Source: Girardia tigrina (taxonomy: Eukaryota). Taken from it: a stretch of DNA of 50,427 bases. This document shows positions 26,051 to 38,371 of this stretch, piece after piece. Both the position numbers and the translations under genes were made by a program. The stretch's first letter is position 1. Each line of letters opens with the position of its first letter. The stretch spans positions 18,802 through 69,228 of the forward strand of contig MQRK01232648.1 in assembly GCA_001938485.1 (NCBI GenBank), given 5' to 3'. The notes below the pieces were generated by a model, which saw nothing but the letters and a program-made list of their open reading frames with translations, had not been told where the DNA came from and ran no database searches.

Positions 26051-28119
26051 TAAACTTTAAAATTAACTTCATAAATTATAATTAATAAATATATAATAAT
26101 ATTTTAATCAAAATATTTTATAAATCTATTTGAAAGTGATTTAAAATATTTTAACAGTGGATTTTAATATAAAGATTTATTTAATTCTAAATAAAATATT
26201 TAAAATGAATTAAAATATTTTTGAAAATAATTTTAAAATATTTTAGTAAGGAATTGTAATTTAAATTTGATCGACTATAGGTATCGATTATAGGTATAGA
26301 AATAGAATTTTAATTTTATCAATCCAGAACGATGTCTAACTACGAATGTTTTGTGTAGAATTGTATGGAGACAATTCGAGTAGGGATGTCAATAAATGTA
26401 TTGGAAATAGTATTAGTGTTTTTAAAAAGTTCTATGAATCTTTATTTATAAGAAACTTCAACCAGTCATGTATTAATATTTTAAATGGGTTAAACAAAAT
26501 CGATTCAATACTTAAAATATTTTTTTTCATTAAAATTGTCATAATTAAGCAATAATAATATTTATTAATTTTATTATTATTTAGTACTATTAGTTAACTT
26601 TTATTTTAATTAATTTTCATTAACTTTATTATGGATAAATACACAATAAAACATCACAACATTTTTAAAAGGTTTTAATTAAGTAATATACCAATAATGT
26701 TAAACTAGAGTTTAGAAGACTCAATAATATAATTAAAGTTTAAGTAAATATAAAGGTAACTATAAACCATAAGAAATTGATGTAAGGATTTTATTTTGTT
26801 ATTAACTGTATATATTGAATCAAAGTAGGGAATCTTTACACAATTATTAGAGAAATTAAAACAGATAATTATTTTTCTTTTAATTAATATTTTATTTTTA
26901 AATATTTTTTTAATTAACAAAAAAATATTCTCCAAATAATAATTAAAAAAATTTTAATTAATGCAAAAAATAATTAGAAACACAAACAATCATGAGACTT
27001 AATAATTAATTATTTAAATAAATAAAATATCATTGAATGATTTATAATAAAAAAAATAAATCGATAATTTTGTTTGCTTATTAATAAAATATTTGTTTAT
27101 ATCTCGACATTATTTTTTCTTTTTGACAAAAACAATTTCTTCGCTTTTTTGTTTTAACCAATAAAAATCTTTTCTATTTCCATTCGGAAAATTAAAAAAA
27201 ATTATTTATATTTTTCAAAAAAAATAATAAAAATATAAATTATTTTAATTAAATTTTGTGAATTTGAAGTCATAATAATTGAATATTTATTTTATTATTT
27301 TTTGCTTTAAAGAGATAAATTAAATGTCTGTTTAAATGTTTTTATTAAATTCTTTTAAATTTATAAAATAAAAATAAATAAATTCTAAACCTTAAATAAG
27401 ATTCTTTTCAAAGAATTTGGAAAAAGAAAGAAGACATATGCACTGTTCTTTTTCATATTTTTTTTCTCTAATTTTATAATAGTAAGTTTCTAAAATTATT
27501 TTATAAACAATAATAAAAATTATTATAAATTAAACAATGCTAAAAATCACTTTTCAGAAGATATAATTTATTTTTTCCAGTTAATTTCGACGCATTCAAC
27601 GTCATCATCGAAGCGAATTTAATGTCATTTATGACACTCGTAAGAGAGACAGAACAAACATAAATCGATTATTTGTCACCGAATATTCTTATCAGTTTTG
27701 TGGACTCCTTGAAGTAATAAGATCATTACATCCGAAAGTTAATATTCAATGGCAATTCTCATTTAAATGAAATAACTGATATTTCTTTTAGAATCTTTCG
27801 CCTAGATAATCTAAACAAAGTTTAAAAAGTAAGTCGTATCAAATAGGTTCGAAGAGATGCTCAAACCTTCAGCAACGATGATCTAAATTACATTTGCAGT
27901 ATCCCGTGAGGACCATTGATAGCCCTTATTGTTTTCCTTGAATCAAACATTGCTGTGTCAACTGTCTTTCCTTAAATCCTCTACGACTCTTCTTCATTGA
28001 CAGGGTTTTTACTTAAAGTTGTATCCGATCATTATATATCTCTCCTCCAACGTATTAAGATTCGTTTTCATTTCATTTTTATCAGATATCGTGAATAGTT
28101 TACGACTTAATCTGAACAG

Positions 28120-28280
28120 TTACTGTAAAACATTTTAAAACTTATAGCAATTTTTAATGAAAAATTAAAAATGCAATTTTAAAATATATTTGAAGAGAGT
28201 AAAGCGTTGCTAATATGATCTCATGATTCTAAAATCAATGTTCAAACGGAACTCTCGACCAATTTGTTAAGAATAAATAA
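28120..28280 (+). mobile_element. PLE endonuclease C-terminal remnant
   Basis: KALLI*SHDSKINVQTELSTNLLRI aligns to EALYIRSLDPKINVQTAFCTTLLRV of the 47558-48781 element. Confidence 0.65.
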
Positions 28281-28425
28281 GAGATTAAATACTCGTTCAT
28301 TTCACAAATATGAGCCGTAGAACAACTTATAATCATTGATCAGGAGACGATAATAAAACCATCGTAAAATATTTTCATTAAATTTATTCAAAATTTTTAT
28401 TCCTATTGTTGTAAATAAATATATT

Positions 28426-28605
28426 TAATTTTCATTTAGTGATGGGGTACACACCGAAATCGTTACGAGTAAAGGTTGCTTATCTTTGCTTTAAATAATT
28501 GTATACATCAATGATGATTGATACCCTACACGTTGTTTGCTTGAAGTCATCAATGGGGGTCATTGAAACGATTTCGGTGTGTACCCCATCACTAAATGAA
28601 AATTA
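28426..28605. repeat. Perfect 39-bp inverted repeats around a 102-bp spacer (MITE or inverted pLTR)
   Basis: TAATTTTCATTTAGTGATGGGGTACACACCGAAATCGTT (28426-28464) and its exact reverse complement (28567-28605). Confidence 0.85.
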
Positions 28606-29940
28606 TTATAAGCAAACTAATCCAAAAATTCAGATCATCTTCCATCACGACAGAGGATAATTTCACACATAATCGAAAGATATACATTTTTAAAATTAAT
28701 TTTTTGTAAAAACAAAATCTATGTTTAAATAATTCTTTTGAATTCTCATTTACCAAAAATAAAATTTGTAGAACGCAATCTTCAATGCTGGAAGGATGTG
28801 AAAACAGTAAAAAGACATATTTTGATAAAATTATCTTTCAAATATGAAAGATGTTTTAACAAACCTGATTTCTATTCATGCAAAATACATTTATTATAAG
28901 ACGGGGATGCAATACAATTTCTGTCTCCGAAGATGAAACCCACCAATACTGCTTCTCTTCATCACTATTAGATTTTGTCGAAAAACCATTACCTTTATAA
29001 TTGACATTGTTTTTCTACGGATTTTTCCATTTTCTGAATTTAATTTATGTTATTAATATATTTATTGTTGTTAGTTGAGTTTATGTTACCTTCAATATTA
29101 AAACTTGAAGTGATGATCGTCAAAAATTTTATCTATGATATTAAACATAAATTTAAACAAAGTTTCATATCCTTTTCTTTACAAACTTTAATCATTGGTA
29201 TTTTTCGTTTCTCCTTTTTTTAGAAAATAGATATTCATTTGGCCAATTTCATTTATTTAGTTAAATCTTTTTGCTTATTTTCATTTTCATCAAATTATTA
29301 TAATTGTATTACTCGCGATTATTTTAAATTAATATTTTCAAATGTGTTTATATTTCTTTTATGTGGAATGTAATTAGACAGACATTAGACAATTTAAATG
29401 TTTCTTTAAATATATTTTTTTTACTTTTTTTACTTTATACAAATTTTTAGATTGAATAAACGTTACTTTTTTAAGATTTTGAATTGCCCTTTTTTAACAA
29501 ATTTTATAATTGTTGGGATTTTTGAATTCAGATTATTTTTGAATTTTCAAATTATAATAATTTAAATTTTCTAAATAAAATATTCAACGAGATGAAATTT
29601 TTAACCAAATCCTTTTAATTGTCCATTTTTTTTAATGTTACAGAGCCATAAAAAGTTTTATTTGTGAACATAAGAAAATAAATAATAATAATAGAGTAAA
29701 TATATTTGAATTGATTTAATGTTTAAATGATGCATCGATTATACAATCTTCACACATTCATTAAGTGCATTATATAAGTATCTTTCTGCTTAGTAAACCT
29801 TTGTTGTGGTGATGCCGGTAATCATTTGTTTTCGCATTCCCGACAATGAGGACTATAACATTCCAGCTGTTTTATCAAATAATAATATTAACATGCAATA
29901 GTTTTATGAAACTAAATATTAAAAAAATAATAATAAAAAG

Positions 29941-30423
29941 TGTGAGGATGTATGGATGCTGTATGTTGATTCGAGTATGTTGAACTTAGAATGGTGATTC
30001 TCCCACCCAGATGGAAATTGGTATTTTTTATATTTACAGTGATTGACTATTCGAACACAATTAAAATAATAATTTGATAAATTTTTAAAATTAAAATCAG
30101 TTTTAATATTTTAAAAAAGAAAAGCATCTAAATAGATATAAATAAAACTAATCGAATTTAAATTTAAATTAATTTTTTACAATTTGATAACCTTTTTATT
30201 ATTTTGAGTTTTTATATAGAAATGGTTAACATTATTAATTTTAATAAATATTTTGAAAATTAAATATTTTAAAAAGATATAGAAAAAATGTACGAATAAT
30301 CATTATTAAAAATAGAAAGGAAAAAACAATTAGAGCAATGTCGTACGGTGAACGATCTTCCGAGAGTTGTGATGACTGTAAGTGTGATAATAATAAATAT
30401 TCAAATAATAATTGTCTCAGTGT
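29941..30423 (-). mobile_element. Family A LTR copy (small internal deletion, far end diverged)
   Basis: TGTGAGG..ATTCTCCCACCCAGATGGAAATTGG..CAATTAGAGCAATG..GAGAGTTGTGATGACT is colinear with 20066-20560. Confidence 0.75.
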
Positions 30424-30597
30424 ATGGAATATTTTGAAATAACGGAAAATTTATCAAAAATTCATCTAAATAAAACAAAAAATTAATTATGAATATTAAA
30501 GTAATTAATTTTAATTTCGTTTTGTAATTTTTCCTTTTCATATAGTCTCATTGCATTCTTACATCTACTTTTAGTATACTTTGGATAACTAAATAAT

Positions 30598-30663
<66 letters not shown>

Positions 30664-33387
30664 CCACGTTTATGAGTAATAGTAGTATTAGACAGACCAG
30701 TATAACTCACTTGCAGAGCTTAAGAGTAAACATAATTATTTAAAAATTCCAATAATCCTCTTAAAAAATCTCTAAATCTCGATTTTAATTATGGTTGTCG
30801 GGACAAATTAAGATCTTTTAAAATATCTCTCAATCCAAGAAGTCCTCCTTAATCCAAAAGAGTTCTTAATTAAGGAAACTGAATTCCCAAGATATTTTCA
30901 TTCCGCCACTTAATTTATCAAAAAATAATTATAAAAGATTTTCTATAATTGCTGGATAAATATGTTTGCTAAAAATAAAATAAATATTTAAAATAAATAC
31001 CAATAATAAATATTAATATTATCAAATTTGTTTACATTGTTATGTAACAACTGATAAATAAATATAATCTGATATTATAACTTTTATTTTGAACTATAAA
31101 ACGGAAAGTGGATAAAAGAAGTCAAACGAAACGATCAATGTTTCATTGATGAAAAGAAACGGGAATATGTTTGGAAGTATATAACAAAACAAAAAGTTAT
31201 TACTAGAGTCGTGAATCAGTCAGTATAGAATAAAATTGAATGGATGGGTTGTTCGAAGTTTTGATCTTGAAATTATTTGGTTGACACAGAAATTGACTTA
31301 GGAATTGAATTAATTTTATATGGATCTTCGAATCTAAGTTGTTATCTCTTCAAAGTTTTGAGTAGGAAAGATGATAGATAAATTGTAACTTGATTGTGGT
31401 AGAAATTTTTGAGACAAACGTTCAATGGTCTTCTGACTTGATGGAACTGTCAATTAGAATTTATTCTGGTAAACCGATGATTGATGTCCTGGGAAGATAC
31501 AATCCAAATTGTATTAATAAGTTAGGAAAAGAAATCTCGACAATAAATTCGCGGTAAATAATTATAATAATTTATTGATTTTTTTTAATTCATTGTTTTA
31601 AACAACTATAATATAATAAATAATTTTCATTATATATTAATAAATTAATATAAATGAAATATATATAATTTTATATAAATAATTATATAGAAAAGTAGTG
31701 ATTTACATACACAAAGAAAAAATATAATTTATCTATTTTTATTATAATCAAACAGTTATCTTTTTCCGATATTTATCCGTTTTTATATTATGAAACAATA
31801 GAAATAAAAGATGTAACTCATATCTGTTTTACTCTTTGATTTCTCAACTGAGGTACTGAAGAAATCTCGGATTATATTATTTTAATATGATTAAAATGTC
31901 AAATTAAATTAAACTTTTTATTATTCTTTATACTATACTGTAGTGATCAAAAATTAAATTATATGAATATTTAAAAATTTATGTATGTTTTAAAATCATA
32001 TATTTTTATTTATAACAAAAAATTGATACTGATTAATCTATGTAATTTTGTTTTAATAATATTACATATTGCTTTTCATTCAAAAATGTCTCTGTATAGG
32101 TATTACTATAGACATTATTACTGTGTTTGTGTTTCAATTAATTTGTATTAACAAAATCTTTTGCCGCCTACCAAACAAATTGTAATGATATTCAGTCCCT
32201 ACAACGATTGAAATAAAATAATGAAATCGAGTTCTGCTAACGGTATATCAGCGGTCAATGGGGGTTCCTCACATGTCACAGCGACTGGGTCATCGTCGAT
32301 TACCACGACCTGATCGATCCCTATCGAATTGTGGTGCTGAAATTGCTCCAATGGATGGACTACGAGAGTAACGTCTCTTTGTTCTACGGTAGCGCCAGAT
32401 TAATTCATCACTCGATCCCCTTCCATCACTCGGCGCTCAAATTTTCGTCATTGGTCGATATCACAGTCAATCGAGGGTCACACGGCCATCAAGTCCGTCC
32501 AGAGCAAACGATGAAACTTCTACGCAATCACCGTGTTAATTTTTTATTATCGACTCAATTGAATCAGAGCCGACATATACATTTGAAAAAATATATTTTT
32601 ATTATTTCCTGAGCATTTTTATCTATCCTTCTACATCTTTGTATTTATATGTCTTACTTTTAATGTAAAAAAGTCATTATGGTATGCAATTTTATTTTGT
32701 TCCTATTGATGACTTAGTTGCCGCATTGAAAGATTTAGTCGAATCAACAGTTGTTGACTTAAATGAATTAATAAACTTGTTTGAAAGATTATGTATAAGC
32801 TGTCTTAATCAGAAAGGAATGTGACGTCTCTTTCTTTTCCAACCACTCTGTGAAACTTTTATTTGAAAACTTAAGCAAATGAAAACCGAACCAGTAATTA
32901 CTCAGATGCAACTAAAAGACATCTGTAATTTGAATTAAAAACATTGCATCAGACTTGGCAAAACTAATTGGAAACTTAAAATTGTTTAAAATGTTGTGAT
33001 AAAGTATTTGAGAGTTTTTCAAATAAACATAAGGAGCCACAAAAGAAGGAAATTTCTTGAAAGGGGTGAGAGGATTTATAGGTTCTATAACTTTTAAGCT
33101 CATAACATGTTTGGATATATATATNNNNNNNNNNNNNNNNNNNNNNNNNNNNNNNNNNNNNNNNNNNNNNNNNNNNNNNNNNNNNNNNNNNNNNNNNNNN
33201 NNNNNNNNNNNNNNNNNNNNNNNNNNNNNNNNNNNNNNNNNNNNNNNNNNNNNNNNNNNNNNNNNNNNNNNNNNNNNNNNNNNNNNNNNNNNNNNNNNNN
33301 NNNNNNNNNNNNNNNNNNNNNNNNNNNNNNNNNNNNNNNNNNNNNNNNNNNNNNNNNNNNNNNNNNNNNNNNNNNNNNNNNNNNACC

Positions 33388-33428
<41 letters not shown>

Positions 33429-33963
33429 TTTAATTATGAAAAAATCTAATTTAAAGTGAAATTTAAAAATTTTTAAAATTCAATTCAGAAAAAGTGGAGA
33501 GAACCAAATTTAACAAAAGAATCTGTTCGGGATTCGAACATTTGAATTATTATATTTTTTTAAATTAAATTATTTTCATTATTTATATTATACTTGAAAT
33601 TGTTTTCTATCAAATCGAAATTGCGTTCGTGATTTGGACAAAAAAATCGAATTATGTTAATTAATTGGTCGAAATTGAAATTGATTGGGAAAATTTGGGC
33701 AATTTATGATTATGAATTTTTTGAATGTAAATTTTTTATGATTGATTTATGTCACGGAAGTTTTTGATGTAAAGAAAAAATTAGTTTCATGTAAACATTG
33801 TTGAAATTATGATAACTTATCGGGTTGTTTTTTCGTATCAATTTAATCAAAGTTGTAATTAAAAAGATTTGTACAGTTAAAAAATAAAGTTGGTACGTGA
33901 TTTAATATCGTTCTGAATTGATTAAAAATTTTAATATTAATATTCTTTTCTGGATGCTGAATT

Positions 33964-34503
33964 ATGCTACTCGCGATGTTAAGAAAGACTGTAAATATTA
34001 ATATTACAAAAACATTAAATGATGCGACTTTCGATGCGCCGATTCTTCTCGTCGATATTATCAAACTCGAATCGATTTTAGATCAAAATTTAAATAAAAA
34101 TAATCAAATAAACGGCACAGTGTTTCTGTATGATCAGCGAATGTCGGTGTTGGATGAAACGTACAATGATTTAAATAAAAAGCAAAATGCTTTTAGAGAA
34201 AATTATTCCAATAAGATTAATTTTTACAAAACGAAATGTGAATCAATCAATTCGAAAATCGATACTGAAATGGTTAAAATATTCTGTGAAAGATTCGAAA
34301 GATTTAACGACAAATCGAATTCGATAAACGAAAACAGGTCCGGTGTTATTTTTTATTCACTTCTCAATAAATGGGCCCAGCAATTCATCCACAGAATTTC
34401 CCTGTACAACCCTGATATCTCCGTCAGGGGTGACCTGATGATCGGGCGGAACAGAATCATACGAACCGCATTTGTCAAACTTCCCTTATTTTCATGTATT
34501 TAA
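33964..34503 (+). CDS. Orphan 179-aa ORF, unknown function
   Basis: Longest uninterrupted ORF in the window; ATG start; no transposon motif recognised. Confidence 0.5.
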   Translation: MLLAMLRKTVNINITKTLNDATFDAPILLVDIIKLESILDQNLNKNNQINGTVFLYDQRMSVLDETYNDLNKKQNAFRENYSNKINFYKTKCESINSKIDTEMVKIFCERFERFNDKSNSINENRSGVIFYSLLNKWAQQFIHRISLYNPDISVRGDLMIGRNRIIRTAFVKLPLFSCI

Positions 34504-34928
34504 TGATTTCTCAAGTTTTAATGCAGATCAATTTTTAAAGATCAGAATTTTATCTTTTATCACAAAATCATTGAGAAAGTAAAATTTTAAATCAGATTTT
34601 AATATTCTGAATTTCGTCTGTAAACTGATTTGTTGACAAAAAGGAATTGCGAAAGCAGTGACTGAATGAACCCAAAGTTGAAGTTTGTTAATACTTGAAT
34701 GAACTTTTATTTATGAATGCTACTGATTTATTTATTTATCTTTCCTAATTCGATCCCGAGAAACTAAATTATTTATTTCAAAAAAGGTTTTATGAGAGGC
34801 GGCAATAGAATTAGAGTATAGATAATATATTTTCATTAGAAAAATAATCGAAAGCAATTTGCTGAAAAACCTCATCTTATTATTTATGTATAATGTGTTC
34901 CTTTTTGATTCAAATAATTCTCTTTTAG

Positions 34929-35003
34929 TTCAACAATCCAGTTTCTATGGTTACAGCAGTCTTCTTCCTCGCAGATACACTCAAGCTTTGATGATCGGAG
35001 AGA
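34929..35003 (+). other. Candidate 75-nt internal exon
   Basis: TTTTAG acceptor, GTAATA donor, higher GC than flanks, length divisible by 3, two open frames. Confidence 0.3.
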
Positions 35004-35365
35004 GTAATATTTTATATATTTATTTTTTAATAAAAATATTGTGAAATTATTTTTTTTAATCCTAAAATAATTGTAGAATTTCCATTTTTTTTATTTTATT
35101 TATTTAATTAATCATTAGGAGGAGTCTCGAGATAAATTTGATTGATTACAAGACCTTGAAGATTTTTTCGAAAGATAAATTTCTAGAAATTTTTTTCGGA
35201 ATATTTGTTTTAATGAAATGAATTTTAATTGATTTATTTCAACAAAATGTCAATTATCATTCGCTAATTGAAAGAATTTTTAAAAATTTTAATGCATATG
35301 ATATAAGTAGATGCTTTTAAGTCGGCGTAGATAAGATCGATATTAACAACGGAATGAGAGAGAAT

Positions 35366-35500
35366 TGTTAAGAACCCAGATAGAATTACTATGCAAGCAT
35401 TTATTAATATTACATAAAGAGTCATTACAACTCTCGGAAGATCGTTCACCATTTGTCATCGTTCTAATTGGTGTTGTTTCTGAATTTGTAATTGTAAAAG
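35366..35500 (+). mobile_element. Family A LTR fragment with canonical TGTTAAGAAC terminus
   Basis: GAGTCATTACAACTCTCGGAAGATCGTTCACC...ATCGTTCTAATTGG matches 20120-20172 and the reverse complement of 30325-30380. Confidence 0.65.
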
Positions 35501-36987
35501 ATGAATCTATTCAAGCACGAAATATAATAAGGATTTTGTTAGATTAACGATACTGAAACAAATTGATCCTTCATCATATAATGTAATAAAGGAATAAAAA
35601 TGTTACTACAGAGATGCATATTACAAATAACAAACAATTGCTTATTCAAATCATCTAAAAATGTCAGCAAATAAAATGAATAAGTAATCTGTAAAATACT
35701 TCTTGTTAACGGATGCGGTGTATCACAAAGAACAAATATCGGTATAGATGGATTGTAATGAATCCTGATTTGTACGTAAAATTGATACTTATGTATAGGA
35801 ATAAAAATTTAATTTCTTGGTAAAATTGAAATGAGATCAAATTAGTAGAAACGATAAAATCGGATTTAGACTTTTTTCTCTTCTTTTTTTAAATTTTAAT
35901 CGTTGAAACGGAATTAATGATAACCAGAATTAATCCGGATAACAATTGATGGAGGTAAGTAAAGAATTATATTTTATAAATTTTTTTCTAATTCAGAATT
36001 TAAAATCTATTGATTTTAAATTTCAAATTCATAATTGCCTACGGCAATTATTAAATTAAATAATATTTGTTTTTTTTATTGTATCAATTTTATCTTGATT
36101 TGTGTTTTTTTTACTGAAGAGCTCAATATATTTTTTATCTCTTTTCAATCAATTAAAAACAATCCACAGAGAAATTATATTGTAAATACTCAGAGAAAAA
36201 TATCGATATTTTTTGTTGACCCTTACAAACTCTAGTTTTTATTTCATTATGCTCAATGATACCGATTTATTTGGATCGAATTTGGAGAGAGAATATCGAT
36301 TATTGTTTCCGACCGACGAATGGAATCTTTCATTTCAGAGAATTAAAAATAACGCCTCACTCAAAAAATGATCAATAATGAATGTACAATATCGAGATCG
36401 AATGAGAACCGGTTAAAAATAAATATCAAATTCATTATTGCCTATAGCAATTATTAAATTAAATAATATTACAAGTAAATAAAATTGACAAAAAAACCTT
36501 ACAACAATAGGTTATCCAAATAAAAAATAAACAGACAAATAAAATAGATCTTTTAAAACCTTTATAACAACAGGTTATCCAAAAGAAAAAATAAAAATAA
36601 AAAAATCAAGAAATGACATGACTAAAAATATCAGAGAGACATTCAAAAGGCCAATACATGTTTGCAAAATATGTACAACTCCAGTATACTCGCGTCAACA
36701 GAAAGAGGTCACACGAAAAAATAAAATAAACTGTCAACAACGAAATTTTAACATAAGATAAAATAACATGTTGTCAGTAGACAATTACAGTAATCATGAT
36801 TATTCGAACAAATTTCTTAATTTTTCAATAAAATTTATTATTATTTTAATTTTAAAACATTTCATAAAATAATAAAAAAATAAATAAACTAATTTTAAAA
36901 TTATTCAAACCTCTGAAATGTCTTTAATTAAAACATTAAACACGTTCATTTTAGTTTTTGAAAAAAGTTTACTTATATAAAAAATTA

Positions 36988-37485
36988 CTATACACCATTC
37001 TTAATTTTTGAAAAAGCATTTTCAATAGGGTTAAGCATATAAGAATAAGGTGAAAGGAATTTAAATTCAAAATTAAATTCAGAAGTTATTCTTTCAATTT
37101 CTTTTTTATGTATTCTGGTGTTATCCATTATTAAACAAGCTTTTTGCATATGAAGAACATCTCTCAAATAGCAACATAGTTCAGTAATATATTCAGTAAA
37201 AATATTAGCATTGCCGGTAGAGTTAGCAATTGTTTTGCAATAGCCCATTCCGTTGATTGTCATACTTGTAATTAAAGAAATTAATCTACCTCTTACTGTT
37301 GGTGTTGATACTATAGCACGAGTTCTTGCTTCGATCTCACATGAGATCATTTTAAATGTAAATTGAAATTCATCGATAAATATTGCCCCTGAAAAATCAT
37401 TGTTGAAATTGTTGCTAAACCATAGTGCATATTCCTTTCTCAAAATGATTTTTTTTGGCCGAATTAACTCTATCCAGCTCTCCAT
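36988..37485 (-). pseudogene. Tc1-like transposase DDE domain
   Basis: DDE_3-type motifs FIDE, MDN, SPYSYMLNPIE; separated from its N-terminus by an in-frame TGA and a frameshift. Confidence 0.85.
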
Positions 37486-37532
37486 AGGAAAGTTTCATAG
37501 TTATTTTAAGCTCTTCTAGGCATCAATTAATG

Positions 37533-37793
37533 CAGTGGTTCTCAACTAATTTAAAAACGCGGAACACAATTCACATGAATTTTTTTACGCGGAACACTGA
37601 CAAAAAATTCATTGAAAAATTCTCTATCGAACGTATTATTTCGTTTTTGAATAATGAAACGACTTTTGAACCACCCTTTATTAATAAATGGTATTGAAGA
37701 TATTAAATATAAACGCACATTACAAAAAAAAGAAAATTTATTCAACAAAGAAATACTTACACGAAAAGACATTTAAACATTCACAGTGCAATT
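37533..37793 (+). mobile_element. Left end of a hAT-Charlie-like element inserted in the Tc1 ORF, truncated by a gap
   Basis: Starts CAGTGGTTCTCAAC (canonical Charlie TIR), with repeated subterminal CGCGGAACAC. Confidence 0.7.
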
Positions 37794-37951
37794 NNNNNNN
37801 NNNNNNNNNNNNNNNNNNNNNNNNNNNNNNNNNNNNNNNNNNNCTAAACCATAGTGCATATTCCTTTCTCAAAATGATTTTTTTTGGCCGAATTAACTCT
37901 ATCCAGCTCTCCATAGGAAAGTTTCATAGTTATTTTAAGCTCTTCTAGGCA

Positions 37952-38371
37952 TCAATTAATGCTATAAATTGATATCGAAATTTTCGGATCAGCTGCTTGC
38001 TCAAGCTTTTCTTTAATTTCTTTAAGTGTAAACTGTGGGTTAAATGTAACGATCGCCTCAATTTTGTTTATATTATGCGCTGTGAGAACTGTTCTTATTG
38101 AACCACCTTTTGCTTTGAGGTTAACAATATTGTGCTTGTTATATTTATTGACTATTACTCTTGCTGAATTATAGTTAATTTGAACGATCTCTGATGATTC
38201 TAATATATTCTGTCCTTGTTCACAGACGAGTCTAATTAAGCTTTGACGTTTTTCATTTGATATTTTAACATATGAAACTCTTGTTGGGGTTTGATTTGCA
38301 GGATTAACTGTCAAGGCAGTATTGTTTGAATTATTTGAATCCATTTTGATTTTCGAAAAAAAGCGTGACAA
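37952..38371 (-). pseudogene. Tc1-like transposase N-terminal DNA-binding region
   Basis: YVKISNEKRQSLI..INYNSARVIV..KGGSIRT..NPQFTLKEIKEKL is a paired-HTH-like layout; it continues past the TGA into sequence duplicated before the DDE ORF. Confidence 0.8.

Noticed and set aside
22908-26935. Short I/K/N/F-rich ORFs (e.g. 22908-23099, 26705-26935)
   Set aside because: Composition expected by chance in AT-rich DNA; no motifs, and some lie inside LTRs.
32976-33449. ORFs spanning N-runs or (TA)n (also 621-806, 3145-3384, 37688-37948)
   Set aside because: Artefacts of assembly gaps and microsatellites.
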